Shown here: one piece after another, positions 15,804 to 25,117 of the stretch | Layout: every line of letters begins with the position of its first letter | How positions within the stretch are numbered: the first letter of the stretch is position 1 | From: Candidatus Kaiserbacteria bacterium RIFOXYD1_FULL_47_14 | Lineage (GTDB): Bacteria; Patescibacteriota; Minisyncoccia; Phycocordibacterales; Phycocordibacteraceae | DNA: 56,781 nt | Direction of reading: 5' to 3' | Assembly: GCA_001781915.1 (NCBI GenBank) | Contig: MFMU01000003.1 | Location: 1,188-57,968 of the forward strand | Program-made: the position numbers and the translations under genes | Notes under the pieces: model-generated | What the model was told of the DNA's origin: nothing | The model's input: the letters and a program-made list of their open reading frames with translations, nothing else | Databases searched by the model: none

Positions 15804-17189
15804 ATGGTACATAGCATACAGAATTTTGAGGCGCTTGCTTGCCCCGAGCCAGTCGATGGGGCGGAGAATGACTTGCGGCGGGATGCGCTCGAGATAGCCG
15901 AGGCAGGATATGCAGCAATAAATGTCGGCTCTGCTATCGAAAGAAAAATGAGTATTAAAAATGATGTCTTGCAGATTATGGACGGAACTTCTAAGGCGAC
16001 GCCTCAGACGAAAACCTACCACCTTGCGGGGCGGCGTGTATTTTTTGTCGGCATCGGCAAGTGCGCTCTGACGGCGGCAAGCGCGATAGAAAAACTCTTC
16101 GGCGATACGCTCACCGGCGGAATTGCCTTCGATGTCTCTGCCGAATTTTTGAGAAAGTCAGACATCCACCGCAACGGTGGATGTCTGACTTCCTCTTCAA
16201 AAATCGAGGTCTTCATCGGCACCCATCCTCTGCCGAGCGAAGTAAACGAACAGGCAACGAAGCGCATTATCGAATTTCTTTCTGATTGTCGCGAAGATGA
16301 TTTAGTCATCTTTCTTATTTCGGGCGGCGGTTCTACCCTACTCTGCTCGCCCGAAGCACCGATGACCCCTGCCGACGAGAGTGCACTTTTTAAAGAACTC
16401 ACCGCGCACGGAGCGACGATACAAGACATTAATACGGTGCGAAAGCATATCTCCAGCGCGCGCGGCGGCGGCCTTGCGCGCGCGGCCTATCCCGCTGAAA
16501 TTCTCTCACTCATTGTGTCTGATGTACCCGGAAACGATATCGCTTTCATTTCTTCCGGCCCAACCGTGCAGGATTCGTCAACGATTACTGATGCAAAAGA
16601 AGTTCTCGCACGCTATAACATCACTATCTCAAACATCACATTCATAGAAACGCCGAAAGAAGAAAAGTATTTTGAACGAGTAACCAACCTGCTCTTTCTT
16701 ACGAGTAAAGATGCGCTCGATGCAATGAAAGATGAGGCGGCGAAACGCGGATATGAAACCGAAATAGTGGACGATCATTTTTCTGGCGAAGCCAGAGAAG
16801 TTGGCCGCGCCGTTGTAGAAAAATTGCATGATGCATCACAAAAAACCGCATTGCTTTACGCCGGCGAAAGCACGGTAACCTTGAGGGAGGTCAGACCTCC
16901 CTCACAGGCAGGCGGACGCAATCAAGAAATAGCGCTTGCCTCGCTCGAAACCATTCTTGACGACGAAATTATTCTGCCCTTCGCTTCTGATGGCCACGAT
17001 AATACTGATTATGCCGGAGCAATTGGCGACAGTATCTCGCGAGCGCACGCGAGCGAGCACAATCTTTCAATCGCCGAATATATTGTTGCGCATCGTTCGT
17101 ATGAATTCTTTTCCATAACCGGCGACGCACTCAGCACTGGCTATACTGGATCAAACATATCTGACCTTATCATCGCGCTTAAAAAATAA
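15804..17189 (+). CDS. Glycerate kinase (DUF4147/MOFRL, glycerate 2-kinase type)
   Basis: GIGKC, HPLP, LISGGGS, RKHIS.ARGG.LA, SDVPG, GESTV, GGRNQE, ASDG.D, TGSNISD. Confidence 0.9.
   Translation: MVHSIQNFEALACPEPVDGAENDLRRDALEIAEAGYAAINVGSAIERKMSIKNDVLQIMDGTSKATPQTKTYHLAGRRVFFVGIGKCALTAASAIEKLFGDTLTGGIAFDVSAEFLRKSDIHRNGGCLTSSSKIEVFIGTHPLPSEVNEQATKRIIEFLSDCREDDLVIFLISGGGSTLLCSPEAPMTPADESALFKELTAHGATIQDINTVRKHISSARGGGLARAAYPAEILSLIVSDVPGNDIAFISSGPTVQDSSTITDAKEVLARYNITISNITFIETPKEEKYFERVTNLLFLTSKDALDAMKDEAAKRGYETEIVDDHFSGEAREVGRAVVEKLHDASQKTALLYAGESTVTLREVRPPSQAGGRNQEIALASLETILDDEIILPFASDGHDNTDYAGAIGDSISRAHASEHNLSIAEYIVAHRSYEFFSITGDALSTGYTGSNISDLIIALKK
16155..16191. repeat. Perfect 17-bp-stem palindrome in frame within glycerate kinase
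   Basis: aagtcagacatccaccg-caa-cggtggatgtctgactt, read as KSDIHRNGGCLT. Confidence 0.85.
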
Positions 17190-17197
17190 TTTATTTT

Positions 17198-19585
17198 ATG
17201 AAAAACACGCACATACTTTGGATGAATAAAATCGGTATGGAAGATGTCCCTCAAGTCGGCGGAAAAAATGCCGCACTTGGAGAACTCATCCGTTCGGTGG
17301 TGCCGAAGGGCGTGCGCGTTCCGAAGGGTTTCTGCGTTACTGCTGACGCGTATTATTATTTTCTCAAACAGACCGGTCTCGATAATTTCATTGCAAAAAC
17401 GCTTGCTGGTCTCAACACTAAAAATTTCAAAGAACTATCGCGGTGCGGGAAGCTGGTGCGCGACGCCATACGCTCAACGCCACTTCCTGCAGATCTTGAA
17501 AAAGAAATTGCCATATCATACGCGCAGATGGAAAAAGAATATGGGAAGAATGTCGATGTGGCTGTGCGTTCGAGCGCGACCGCCGAGGATTTGCCGGGCG
17601 CGTCATTCGCCGGCGAGCATGAGACCTATCTGAATATTCGCGGAGCGGAGGATGTGGTGCGAGCCACTGTCTGGGCAATGTCTTCACTCTTTACCGACCG
17701 AGCTATTTCCTATCGTACTGACAAGGGCTTCGCGAACACAAAAGTAGCGCTCTCGGTTGGCGTACAGAAAATGGTTCGCTCTGACCTCGGCGCTTCTGGC
17801 GTTATGTTTACGGTGGATACTGAAAGCGGCTTCCGCGACCTTGTGCTTATCAACGCGGTGTGGGGCCTCGGCGAACTTATTGTGCAGGGTCATGTGACGC
17901 CTGACGAATATCTAGTGATGAAATCAAAACTCGGTAAAGCGAAGAATCCGATTATCGGCAAAACGCTGGGTGTGAAAAATAAAAAGATGCTCTACGCACA
18001 AAGAAAAACCGGCGTCATACAAACGAAGATTGTGGACACAAGCACGGCAGAACAGAATACCTTCGTCCTTTCTGAATCAGAAATCGATGAGCTCGCCCGC
18101 TGGGGAACGCTTATAGAAGAACATTACAGCAAACGCGCCGGGAAATGGACGCCGATGGATATGGAATGGGCGCGCGATGGAAAAACGAACGAACTCTACA
18201 TCGTGCAGGCGCGGCCCGAGACAGTACAGGCCGAACGGGATTTCTCGAAACTCATTGAATATACAGTGAGCGGTCAAGGAAAGGCACTGGCGCAAGGCAT
18301 TTCGGTCGGTTCGAAGGTCGCCGTCGGCACGACACGCGTTATTCTAGATCCAAAACAAATAAAACAATTTAAAAAGGGAGAGATACTCGTCACGACGATG
18401 ACCGACCCTGATTGGGAACCGATTATGAAGATGGCGTCGGCTATCGTTACCGACCGCGGCGGGCGCACGAGCCATGCCGCCATCGTCTCGCGAGAGCTCG
18501 GCCTTCCGGCAATCGTGGGCGCAGGCAACGCGACGCGCGTATTGAAGACGGGAATTATCGTCACAGTCGACACGACCGGCAGTGTAGGTATGATTACTGC
18601 TGGAAAAGCGAAAGTAACGACGCGCGAACATGATATCGGCACTCTGCCGGATACGAAGACGAAAATTATGGTGAATATCGCGTCGCCGGATATCGCTTTC
18701 GAGGACTCATTCTTGCCCGTGCAGGGCGTCGGGCTCGCGCGAGAAGAATTTATCATCGCTTCCAATATTGGCATTCATCCGCTCGCCATTCTTAATTTCA
18801 AAAAGCTCTCCCCGAAGTTGCGCACCGCTATTTCAAAGAAAATCACCGGATGGAAAAATCCGATTGACTTCTATGTCGACAATCTCGCGTACGGCATCGC
18901 AAAAATCGGCGCGGCATTTAGCCCGCGACCTGTCATCGTTCGGTTCTCTGATTTTAAGACCAATGAATACTCTACACTGCTCGGCGGCGAAGCGTACGAA
19001 CCGAAAGAAGAGAATCCGATGCTCGGCTGGCGCGGCGCCTCTCGTTATTATGATCCGAAATTCAAAGATGCGTTCGTACTGGAATGTCGCGCACTTGTGA
19101 AAGTGCGCGAGGAAATGGGTCTTTCCAATGTGATTCCTATGATTCCCTTCTGTCGCACAACTGTAGAAGCGGAGCAGGTACTCGGTATTATGAAGAAGAA
19201 CGGTATCAAGAAGCCGATCTATATGATGTGCGAGATTCCTTCAAACATTATTCTCGCCGAAGAATTTCTTGATCTCTTTGACGGCATGTCCATCGGCAGC
19301 AATGATCTCACTCAGCTCACACTCGGACTCGACCGCGATTCTGGCATCGTGACGCATATAGGGAATGAGAATGATGAATCGGTACGCGCGCTGATTAGTA
19401 TGATTATTCGTAAATGCGCGGCACGCGGAAAGTATCTCGGCATATGCGGACAAGGACCATCCGACCTCCCTGACTTCGCTGAGTTCTTGGTGAAAGAAGG
19501 CATTCCAAGTATGTCGCTCAATCCTGACTCGGTAGTGAAGACACTGGAACAAGTCGCAGAGATTGAAGAAAAACTCGCACAATAA
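17198..19585 (+). CDS. ppsA: Phosphoenolpyruvate synthase
   Basis: VGGKNA.LGE, AVRSSATAED..ASFAG, GGRTSHAAIVSRE (phospho-His), SIGSNDLTQ, GICGQGPSD. Confidence 0.96.
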   Translation: MKNTHILWMNKIGMEDVPQVGGKNAALGELIRSVVPKGVRVPKGFCVTADAYYYFLKQTGLDNFIAKTLAGLNTKNFKELSRCGKLVRDAIRSTPLPADLEKEIAISYAQMEKEYGKNVDVAVRSSATAEDLPGASFAGEHETYLNIRGAEDVVRATVWAMSSLFTDRAISYRTDKGFANTKVALSVGVQKMVRSDLGASGVMFTVDTESGFRDLVLINAVWGLGELIVQGHVTPDEYLVMKSKLGKAKNPIIGKTLGVKNKKMLYAQRKTGVIQTKIVDTSTAEQNTFVLSESEIDELARWGTLIEEHYSKRAGKWTPMDMEWARDGKTNELYIVQARPETVQAERDFSKLIEYTVSGQGKALAQGISVGSKVAVGTTRVILDPKQIKQFKKGEILVTTMTDPDWEPIMKMASAIVTDRGGRTSHAAIVSRELGLPAIVGAGNATRVLKTGIIVTVDTTGSVGMITAGKAKVTTREHDIGTLPDTKTKIMVNIASPDIAFEDSFLPVQGVGLAREEFIIASNIGIHPLAILNFKKLSPKLRTAISKKITGWKNPIDFYVDNLAYGIAKIGAAFSPRPVIVRFSDFKTNEYSTLLGGEAYEPKEENPMLGWRGASRYYDPKFKDAFVLECRALVKVREEMGLSNVIPMIPFCRTTVEAEQVLGIMKKNGIKKPIYMMCEIPSNIILAEEFLDLFDGMSIGSNDLTQLTLGLDRDSGIVTHIGNENDESVRALISMIIRKCAARGKYLGICGQGPSDLPDFAEFLVKEGIPSMSLNPDSVVKTLEQVAEIEEKLAQ

Positions 19586-19587
19586 AT

Positions 19588-20859
19588 ATGCACATTGACC
19601 GCATTGAAGCCAAATCGATTCTCGACACGCGCGGGCGGCCGACGATAGAGACGACACTCTTTTCTGGAACGCTTGAAGCAACAGCGTCGGTACCTTCGGG
19701 GAAAAGCACCGGGAAACACGAAGCACTCGAGCTGCGCGACGCTGATGACAGCGTCGCGCAAGCCATAAAGAATGTAAATGGAGAAATTGCGACGGCGATT
19801 ACCGAGCGTGATTTCAATTCGCTCGATGAGCTTGATAATTTCTTGATCTCGCTCGACGGCACGCCGAATAAATCACGACTCGGTGCGAACGCGATTCTCT
19901 CGGTCTCGATTGCCGCGATGCGGCTTTCTGCACTGCAAGAAAATATGCCACTCTGGCAAGCAATCGCGAAGCGTGCAGGAACTACTCCTTCGACTCCTCG
20001 GCTTTTTGTTAATGTCATGAACGGCGGCGCGCACGCTGGCTTTCCCTCAAACAAGTTCGGAACAGGTAAACTTCCCTTCCAAGAATATCTCTTGGTTGTT
20101 GAAGGAAAAACGAGTGAGACATTCCCTATCGCACAAGAACTATTCGCGAAACTCGGCGAACTTCTGTGGAAGCCAGGCGTCCACAACAATTGTGGACGCC
20201 TGGCTTCCACAACATCGATGGGCGATGAAGGCGGTTATGCGCCGACCTTCGACACGCTCGAAAAACCATTCGAGCTTCTCGCCGAACTCGTTAAAGAATT
20301 CCCGAATACTTCAATCGCGATTGATGCGGCAGCGAGTGAGCTATTCCATGACGGCGTGTACCAGCTCCTCGGGAAATCGTATTCTCCCGACGAGCTCGCG
20401 GCAATTTATCGTGAGCTTGTCGAACGATTTTCTCTTCATAGCATTGAAGACCCGTTTGCCGAGAATGCAGGAACTGATTTTGCAAAGCTTACGGCCACAT
20501 TGAACAGCCCCTCGACTCCGCTCGGGGCAACGACACTAGTCGTTGGCGACGATTTAACTGTCACCAATCCCGCACGCATTATTGAAGCAGCAAAAAATAA
20601 AGAAATAAATGCAGTGCTAATTAAACCGAATCAAATCGGCACGGTCAAAGAAGCGCTCGAAGCAGTGAGAGAAACCTATAACGCCGGATGGGAGGTTGTC
20701 GCCTCGCATCGTTCGGGAGAGACGAGCGATACCTTCATCGCGGACTTCGCGTACGGTATCGGCGCACATGGTTTGAAAGCTGGTGGCTTCGCTCAGCCCG
20801 AGCGTCTTGTGAAATACGAGCGATTACTCGCCATAGAACACGAAGCAGAAACAAGATAA
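19588..20859 (+). CDS. eno: Enolase
   Basis: LDTRGRPT, VPSGKSTG.HEALELRD, GDEGG, VGDDL, KPNQIGT, SHRSGET. Confidence 0.96.
   Translation: MHIDRIEAKSILDTRGRPTIETTLFSGTLEATASVPSGKSTGKHEALELRDADDSVAQAIKNVNGEIATAITERDFNSLDELDNFLISLDGTPNKSRLGANAILSVSIAAMRLSALQENMPLWQAIAKRAGTTPSTPRLFVNVMNGGAHAGFPSNKFGTGKLPFQEYLLVVEGKTSETFPIAQELFAKLGELLWKPGVHNNCGRLASTTSMGDEGGYAPTFDTLEKPFELLAELVKEFPNTSIAIDAAASELFHDGVYQLLGKSYSPDELAAIYRELVERFSLHSIEDPFAENAGTDFAKLTATLNSPSTPLGATTLVVGDDLTVTNPARIIEAAKNKEINAVLIKPNQIGTVKEALEAVRETYNAGWEVVASHRSGETSDTFIADFAYGIGAHGLKAGGFAQPERLVKYERLLAIEHEAETR
20165..20211. repeat. REP doublet (REPIN-like) in frame within enolase
   Basis: tgtggaagccaggcgtccaca-acaat-tgtggacgcctggcttccaca (exact inverted pair); one mismatch from the REPs at 42694 and 43455. 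Confidence 0.9.
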
Positions 20860-20868
20860 TATAGAGAT

Positions 20869-21870
20869 ATGAAAATACATTATTTTTCGGGCGAGGCGTG
20901 GGAAGAGGAATTCGTGCGCACAAAACTTCCAAATGAAGAAATTATTTTCCACGAGGGTTCTATTGCTGCGTCTCCCGATTTTACTGACCCCGATGCGACT
21001 GTTCTTTGCCCATTTATAGAATCGCACATCGGCGAAGCCGAGCTCGCGCGATTCCCTGCACTGAAATTCATCGCGACTCGTTCGACTGGATTCGATCACA
21101 TCGATCTCGCAGCGACAAAAGCGCACAACATCATTGTTTCGAATGTTCCTTTTTATGGAGAGAACACCGTCGCCGAGTTTGCTTTCGGACTGCTTCTCGC
21201 GCTCTCGCGCCGCATTATCGAAGCTGATGAAAGTGTCCGCCAAGGTCTCTTTTCACCCGTAGGGTTTCGTGGATTCGATCTCGCCGACAAGACCATCGGC
21301 GTTGTCGGCACCGGACACATCGGCGCACACATTATCCGTATGGCAAATGGTTTTGGTATGAAAGTCATCGGATTCGACGCGTATCCGAACACCGAACTCG
21401 CTCAGAAACTTGGATTCTCGTATGTCTCTCTCGAAGAATTGCTCGCTTCGTCTGACATCGTCACCATTCATGTCCCGTACAACAAAGACACCCACCACCT
21501 CATCAATAAAGAAAATATCGGAAATTTGAAAAAAGGTGCGTATCTTATTAACACCGCGCGCGGCGCGATCGTCGAGACCGAAGCGCTTATTGAAGCGCTG
21601 AAAAGCGGCATTCTCGCCGGCGCAGGACTCGATGTACTCGAAGAAGAAGGAGATATGGCGGATGAAATCGCACTTCTCACTAATCCGCATCCGAAGGAAG
21701 CAGAATTAAAAATCGCGCTCGAGAATCATTATCTTATCGATCATCCGCGCGTCATCGTCACGCCACATCTCGCATTCAACACAACAGAAGCCGTCGAACG
21801 CATCCTCGACACCACCATCGAAAACATCCGCGCCTTCTCTGCCGGCTCGCCCACCAACCTCGTCTCCTAA
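20869..21870 (+). CDS. D-isomer-specific 2-hydroxyacid dehydrogenase (D-lactate dehydrogenase-like)
   Basis: TRSTGFDHID, GVVGTGHIG, LINTARG, GLDVLEEE, TPHLAF. Confidence 0.9.
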   Translation: MKIHYFSGEAWEEEFVRTKLPNEEIIFHEGSIAASPDFTDPDATVLCPFIESHIGEAELARFPALKFIATRSTGFDHIDLAATKAHNIIVSNVPFYGENTVAEFAFGLLLALSRRIIEADESVRQGLFSPVGFRGFDLADKTIGVVGTGHIGAHIIRMANGFGMKVIGFDAYPNTELAQKLGFSYVSLEELLASSDIVTIHVPYNKDTHHLINKENIGNLKKGAYLINTARGAIVETEALIEALKSGILAGAGLDVLEEEGDMADEIALLTNPHPKEAELKIALENHYLIDHPRVIVTPHLAFNTTEAVERILDTTIENIRAFSAGSPTNLVS

Positions 21871-21962
21871 ATATTTGACAACAAAACAGAGCCATGTATA
21901 CTAGCGACAGATAATAGATCCTTGGCAGTAGTGGATAATCTAAGGTCGGAAAGGAGACGGTT

Positions 21963-22721
21963 ATGAACAAGGAATTTTCTTTTTCTGTGATTAGAAAAGC
22001 ATTGCTGACTTCTGATTTTGTCATAGCCGCCAGAATGTATGGTTCGTGGCTCTATGATGAAATGTCGGTAGACTGTGATATCGCTGTCTTGATTCCCAGT
22101 GTTTCAGGGTTGGTAGACAGCAATACCTATAGGCTTTTGTTGATTTTGCGAGATTATCTGGTCGCGGAAACTGGTAATGACATTGATCTTGTTCCTCACA
22201 CCACGGATGAACTGGACGATGTGCGTTCTCCTTTGTGGTATCCGCGTTATAACCCTTCCTTAGTTTCGGGGAAAGTGGTCAAGGGAGAATTTGCAATATC
22301 TCCTATAACAAAGAGTGAGCAGAAATTTTCGTTTGCTGATCTGACGGCCTATGTTATTCACGACAATAGAACAATTTGCAGACGACAATTAGTTCGCTCC
22401 TTGCAGGGGGAAAGCGGAAGAATTTTTGTCAGCAAGTCATTGCATGGCGCGGGGAATGCTTTGACATTCCATGCCTGTCAAAAAAAGACAGAATATTTAT
22501 GCTCGCCTTCTGACATCAATCAGAGCTTCGAAATATTGGACAGTGTGTATGGTGTTGATTCCAATCCTGCTCGCGCCTTTCTTCAAAGCTGTAAATACTC
22601 ATTCGACTTTGAAAAGGGTCTTCTTTTGATGTCTTGGTACGAAAGTCTTGTTGCGATGGTCTTTGACAAGGCGAATACTCACTTATACCAGATGACTTGT
22701 CGCAGATTGCAACTTTCTTGA
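21963..22721 (+). CDS. Putative nucleotidyltransferase (Pol beta-like)
   Basis: MYGSW...DCDIAV (GS..DxD) and a later DIDLV. Confidence 0.65.
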   Translation: MNKEFSFSVIRKALLTSDFVIAARMYGSWLYDEMSVDCDIAVLIPSVSGLVDSNTYRLLLILRDYLVAETGNDIDLVPHTTDELDDVRSPLWYPRYNPSLVSGKVVKGEFAISPITKSEQKFSFADLTAYVIHDNRTICRRQLVRSLQGESGRIFVSKSLHGAGNALTFHACQKKTEYLCSPSDINQSFEILDSVYGVDSNPARAFLQSCKYSFDFEKGLLLMSWYESLVAMVFDKANTHLYQMTCRRLQLS

Positions 22722-22728
22722 TATTTCT

Positions 22729-22764
22729 TGTCCCCGCTGTTATTTTAATAGCGGGGACATTTTT
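22729..22764 (+). terminator. Intrinsic terminator
   Basis: tgtccccgctgtta...taatagcggggaca followed by a T-run. Confidence 0.7.
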
Positions 22765-22786
22765 TGAGAATTTATTAAATTAAATT

Positions 22787-23641
22787 ATGCCTTTAATTGA
22801 TCTGCATTTACATTCATATTATTCCGATGGAGAAGATGGACCAAATAAGTTGTTACGCTTAGCTATCGAAAAAAAAATATCCATTTTTTCTATAACGGAT
22901 CATAACTTTATAGTACCAAAAGATGAAAAGTTTTTCAAAGAGGCCGAACTGAATGGAATAAAATTTGTACAAGGGATCGAAATATCATCTTTTGATGATA
23001 AAACAAAATCGTCTTTTCATATTTTAGGATATTCTAAAAATTTTGATACTTATAAAATGAATGCCGAACTTAAAAAAACAGTTGCAGGTTATAATGATCG
23101 GGCTAAAAAGATTATTCAAAAGTTGAATAAAAAATATCCAGGTCTGAATCTTAATTTTTACGATCTAAAAAAGAAAAATCCAGAAATTTATGTTAGTCGA
23201 AATACTATAGCAATTGAATTAAAAAGATTTCTTAAATCAGATGCTACAATCAAGGAACTATCAAAAGAAGTATTCGTCGAGGAAAAATCGGGCTGGATGC
23301 TTTCTCCAGAAGAAGCGATTCATTTAATCGTTCGTTTGGGAGGTACCCCTGTGTTAGCACATTCTGGTAGACTTTTTTCAAAAGATAAAAAAAAATTCGC
23401 GTCTATTCTAAGAAAATTTAAAGAGTATGGTTTACGAGGAATTGAAGTACGCTGTCCTAAACATTCAAAAGAAGAGATGTCAGGTCTTCTGAATTTGAGC
23501 CGCGAGTTTAAATTATTAGTAACCGCCGGTAGTGATTGGCATGGTCAAAATCGCTCATACTGTAAAATGCCAGGATTAAGGTGCCCTAAACGAGAATTAA
23601 TAACGATAATAGATACTTTTGTACAAAAAAATAACCGCTAA
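22787..23641 (+). CDS. PHP domain phosphoesterase
   Basis: DLHLHSYYSDG, ITDH, GIEIS, HILGY, VLAH, AGSDWHG. Confidence 0.92.
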   Translation: MPLIDLHLHSYYSDGEDGPNKLLRLAIEKKISIFSITDHNFIVPKDEKFFKEAELNGIKFVQGIEISSFDDKTKSSFHILGYSKNFDTYKMNAELKKTVAGYNDRAKKIIQKLNKKYPGLNLNFYDLKKKNPEIYVSRNTIAIELKRFLKSDATIKELSKEVFVEEKSGWMLSPEEAIHLIVRLGGTPVLAHSGRLFSKDKKKFASILRKFKEYGLRGIEVRCPKHSKEEMSGLLNLSREFKLLVTAGSDWHGQNRSYCKMPGLRCPKRELITIIDTFVQKNNR

Positions 23642-23672
23642 CCTAATTGCTTAGTTAGCGGTCATAGTATTT

Positions 23673-24977
23673 TCATTGTTCCTCGATTTTTGCCCCCAAC
23701 AATTTGAGTTTCTCTACAACCTTGGCATACCCTCTTTCAAGATATTTGATGCCACTGATCTCACTCTCGCCGTTCGCGATAAGTGCGGCTACTACATAAG
23801 CAAATCCTGCTCGCAAATCAGGTATTTGCATCTTCCTACCGGAAAGAATTGTCAGTCCATGTACTATACAACTGTGTTGATAACCTCTACCAAGAAAGCG
23901 ACACGACTTACTGCCGAGACAGTCTTTTGATAGAGATATGTTTGCTCCCATATCTCTTAGCATCTGTGTATACCCAAACCTATTCTCGTATACCGTTTCG
24001 TGGATTACAGACACCCCTTCGGATTGAGTTAACAGACTTACCAACATTGGCTGCCAGTCGGTAGAAAACCCAGGGAAGACATCCGTTTCTACATGGACGC
24101 AAGATAGGTGGGATTTAGATCTGAAAAATGTAATTCCCTGTTCTCCGACATCGAATCCTCCACCCACCTTTCTCACTACATTGAGCAGGGAAATCATGTC
24201 GCTCTGTCTCGCGTTCTGTATTTCCAGATGTCCATTTGTAACGATGGCAGCAATGGCGAAGGACGCTGCTTCTATCCTGTCAGGGATAATGTTATGGTTT
24301 GCCCCGGCGAGCTTTTCAACACCTTCAATAATAATCTTTCTGTCGGTATCAATGTGAACCAATGCTCCCATTTTTTGAAGAAGAAGGATCGTGTCGATGA
24401 TTTCCGGCTCAACAGCAGCGTTTTTGATCACAGTAGTTCCCGTTGCGAGAACTGCAGTTAGCAGTATATTCTCTGTTGCACCGACACTAGGATAAGGTAA
24501 CTCTATTACACATCCCTGAATTCTTGAAGACTTTGCATGATAACCATCCTCATTTTCTGTTATCTCGGCACCGAATGCTCTCAAGGCATTTACATGAAAA
24601 TCAACTGGGCGTGAACCTATGTTACACCCGCCGGCCATGGGAACGAATGCTTCCTGTGCTCTGTAGAGAAGTGGGCCGATGACTAGAATAGGAATTCTGT
24701 TTGTTCCAGAATACTCGCTCTTAATTGCGATGTTTTTTATCTCCTTGGTTTGGACCAGAAGTGAATCCTCTCCTAACCATGTAGATTCCATCCCTAATTC
24801 TGATAGCATTTCCAGCACAGAAAATACTTCTTGATTTTTAGGAACATTATGCAGAGTACACGGTTCGTCAGTGAGGAGAGATGCTACCAATTGTTTAGTA
24901 ACTGCGTTTTTTGCACCATCAAGTCTCACTACTCCTGACAGAGGTCTTCCTCCGTTAATGAGGTATTTCGTTGGCAT
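23673..24977 (-). CDS. murA: UDP-N-acetylglucosamine 1-carboxyvinyltransferase
   Basis: GAKNA, AGGCNIGSRPVDFH, PSVGATEN, AAVEPEI, ETVYENRF, PDLRAG, ERGY. Confidence 0.95.
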   Translation of the reverse strand: MPTKYLINGGRPLSGVVRLDGAKNAVTKQLVASLLTDEPCTLHNVPKNQEVFSVLEMLSELGMESTWLGEDSLLVQTKEIKNIAIKSEYSGTNRIPILVIGPLLYRAQEAFVPMAGGCNIGSRPVDFHVNALRAFGAEITENEDGYHAKSSRIQGCVIELPYPSVGATENILLTAVLATGTTVIKNAAVEPEIIDTILLLQKMGALVHIDTDRKIIIEGVEKLAGANHNIIPDRIEAASFAIAAIVTNGHLEIQNARQSDMISLLNVVRKVGGGFDVGEQGITFFRSKSHLSCVHVETDVFPGFSTDWQPMLVSLLTQSEGVSVIHETVYENRFGYTQMLRDMGANISLSKDCLGSKSCRFLGRGYQHSCIVHGLTILSGRKMQIPDLRAGFAYVVAALIANGESEISGIKYLERGYAKVVEKLKLLGAKIEEQ

Positions 24978-25117
24978 TTGTTTGATTCTCCTTTCATTGG
25001 GTCATTTTCAAGGTTCAAAAGTCTAAAAAATAGAATAACATAACATCATAAATATCGCAAATTTATATTTTCTGAAAAATTGCAATTAATGTAATCTTGT
25101 GATGAAATAGAGATACT

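Noticed and set aside
17244..21690. Numerous short antisense or out-of-frame ORFs here and over other core genes
   Set aside because: They are shadows of well-supported genes and carry no recognisable motifs.
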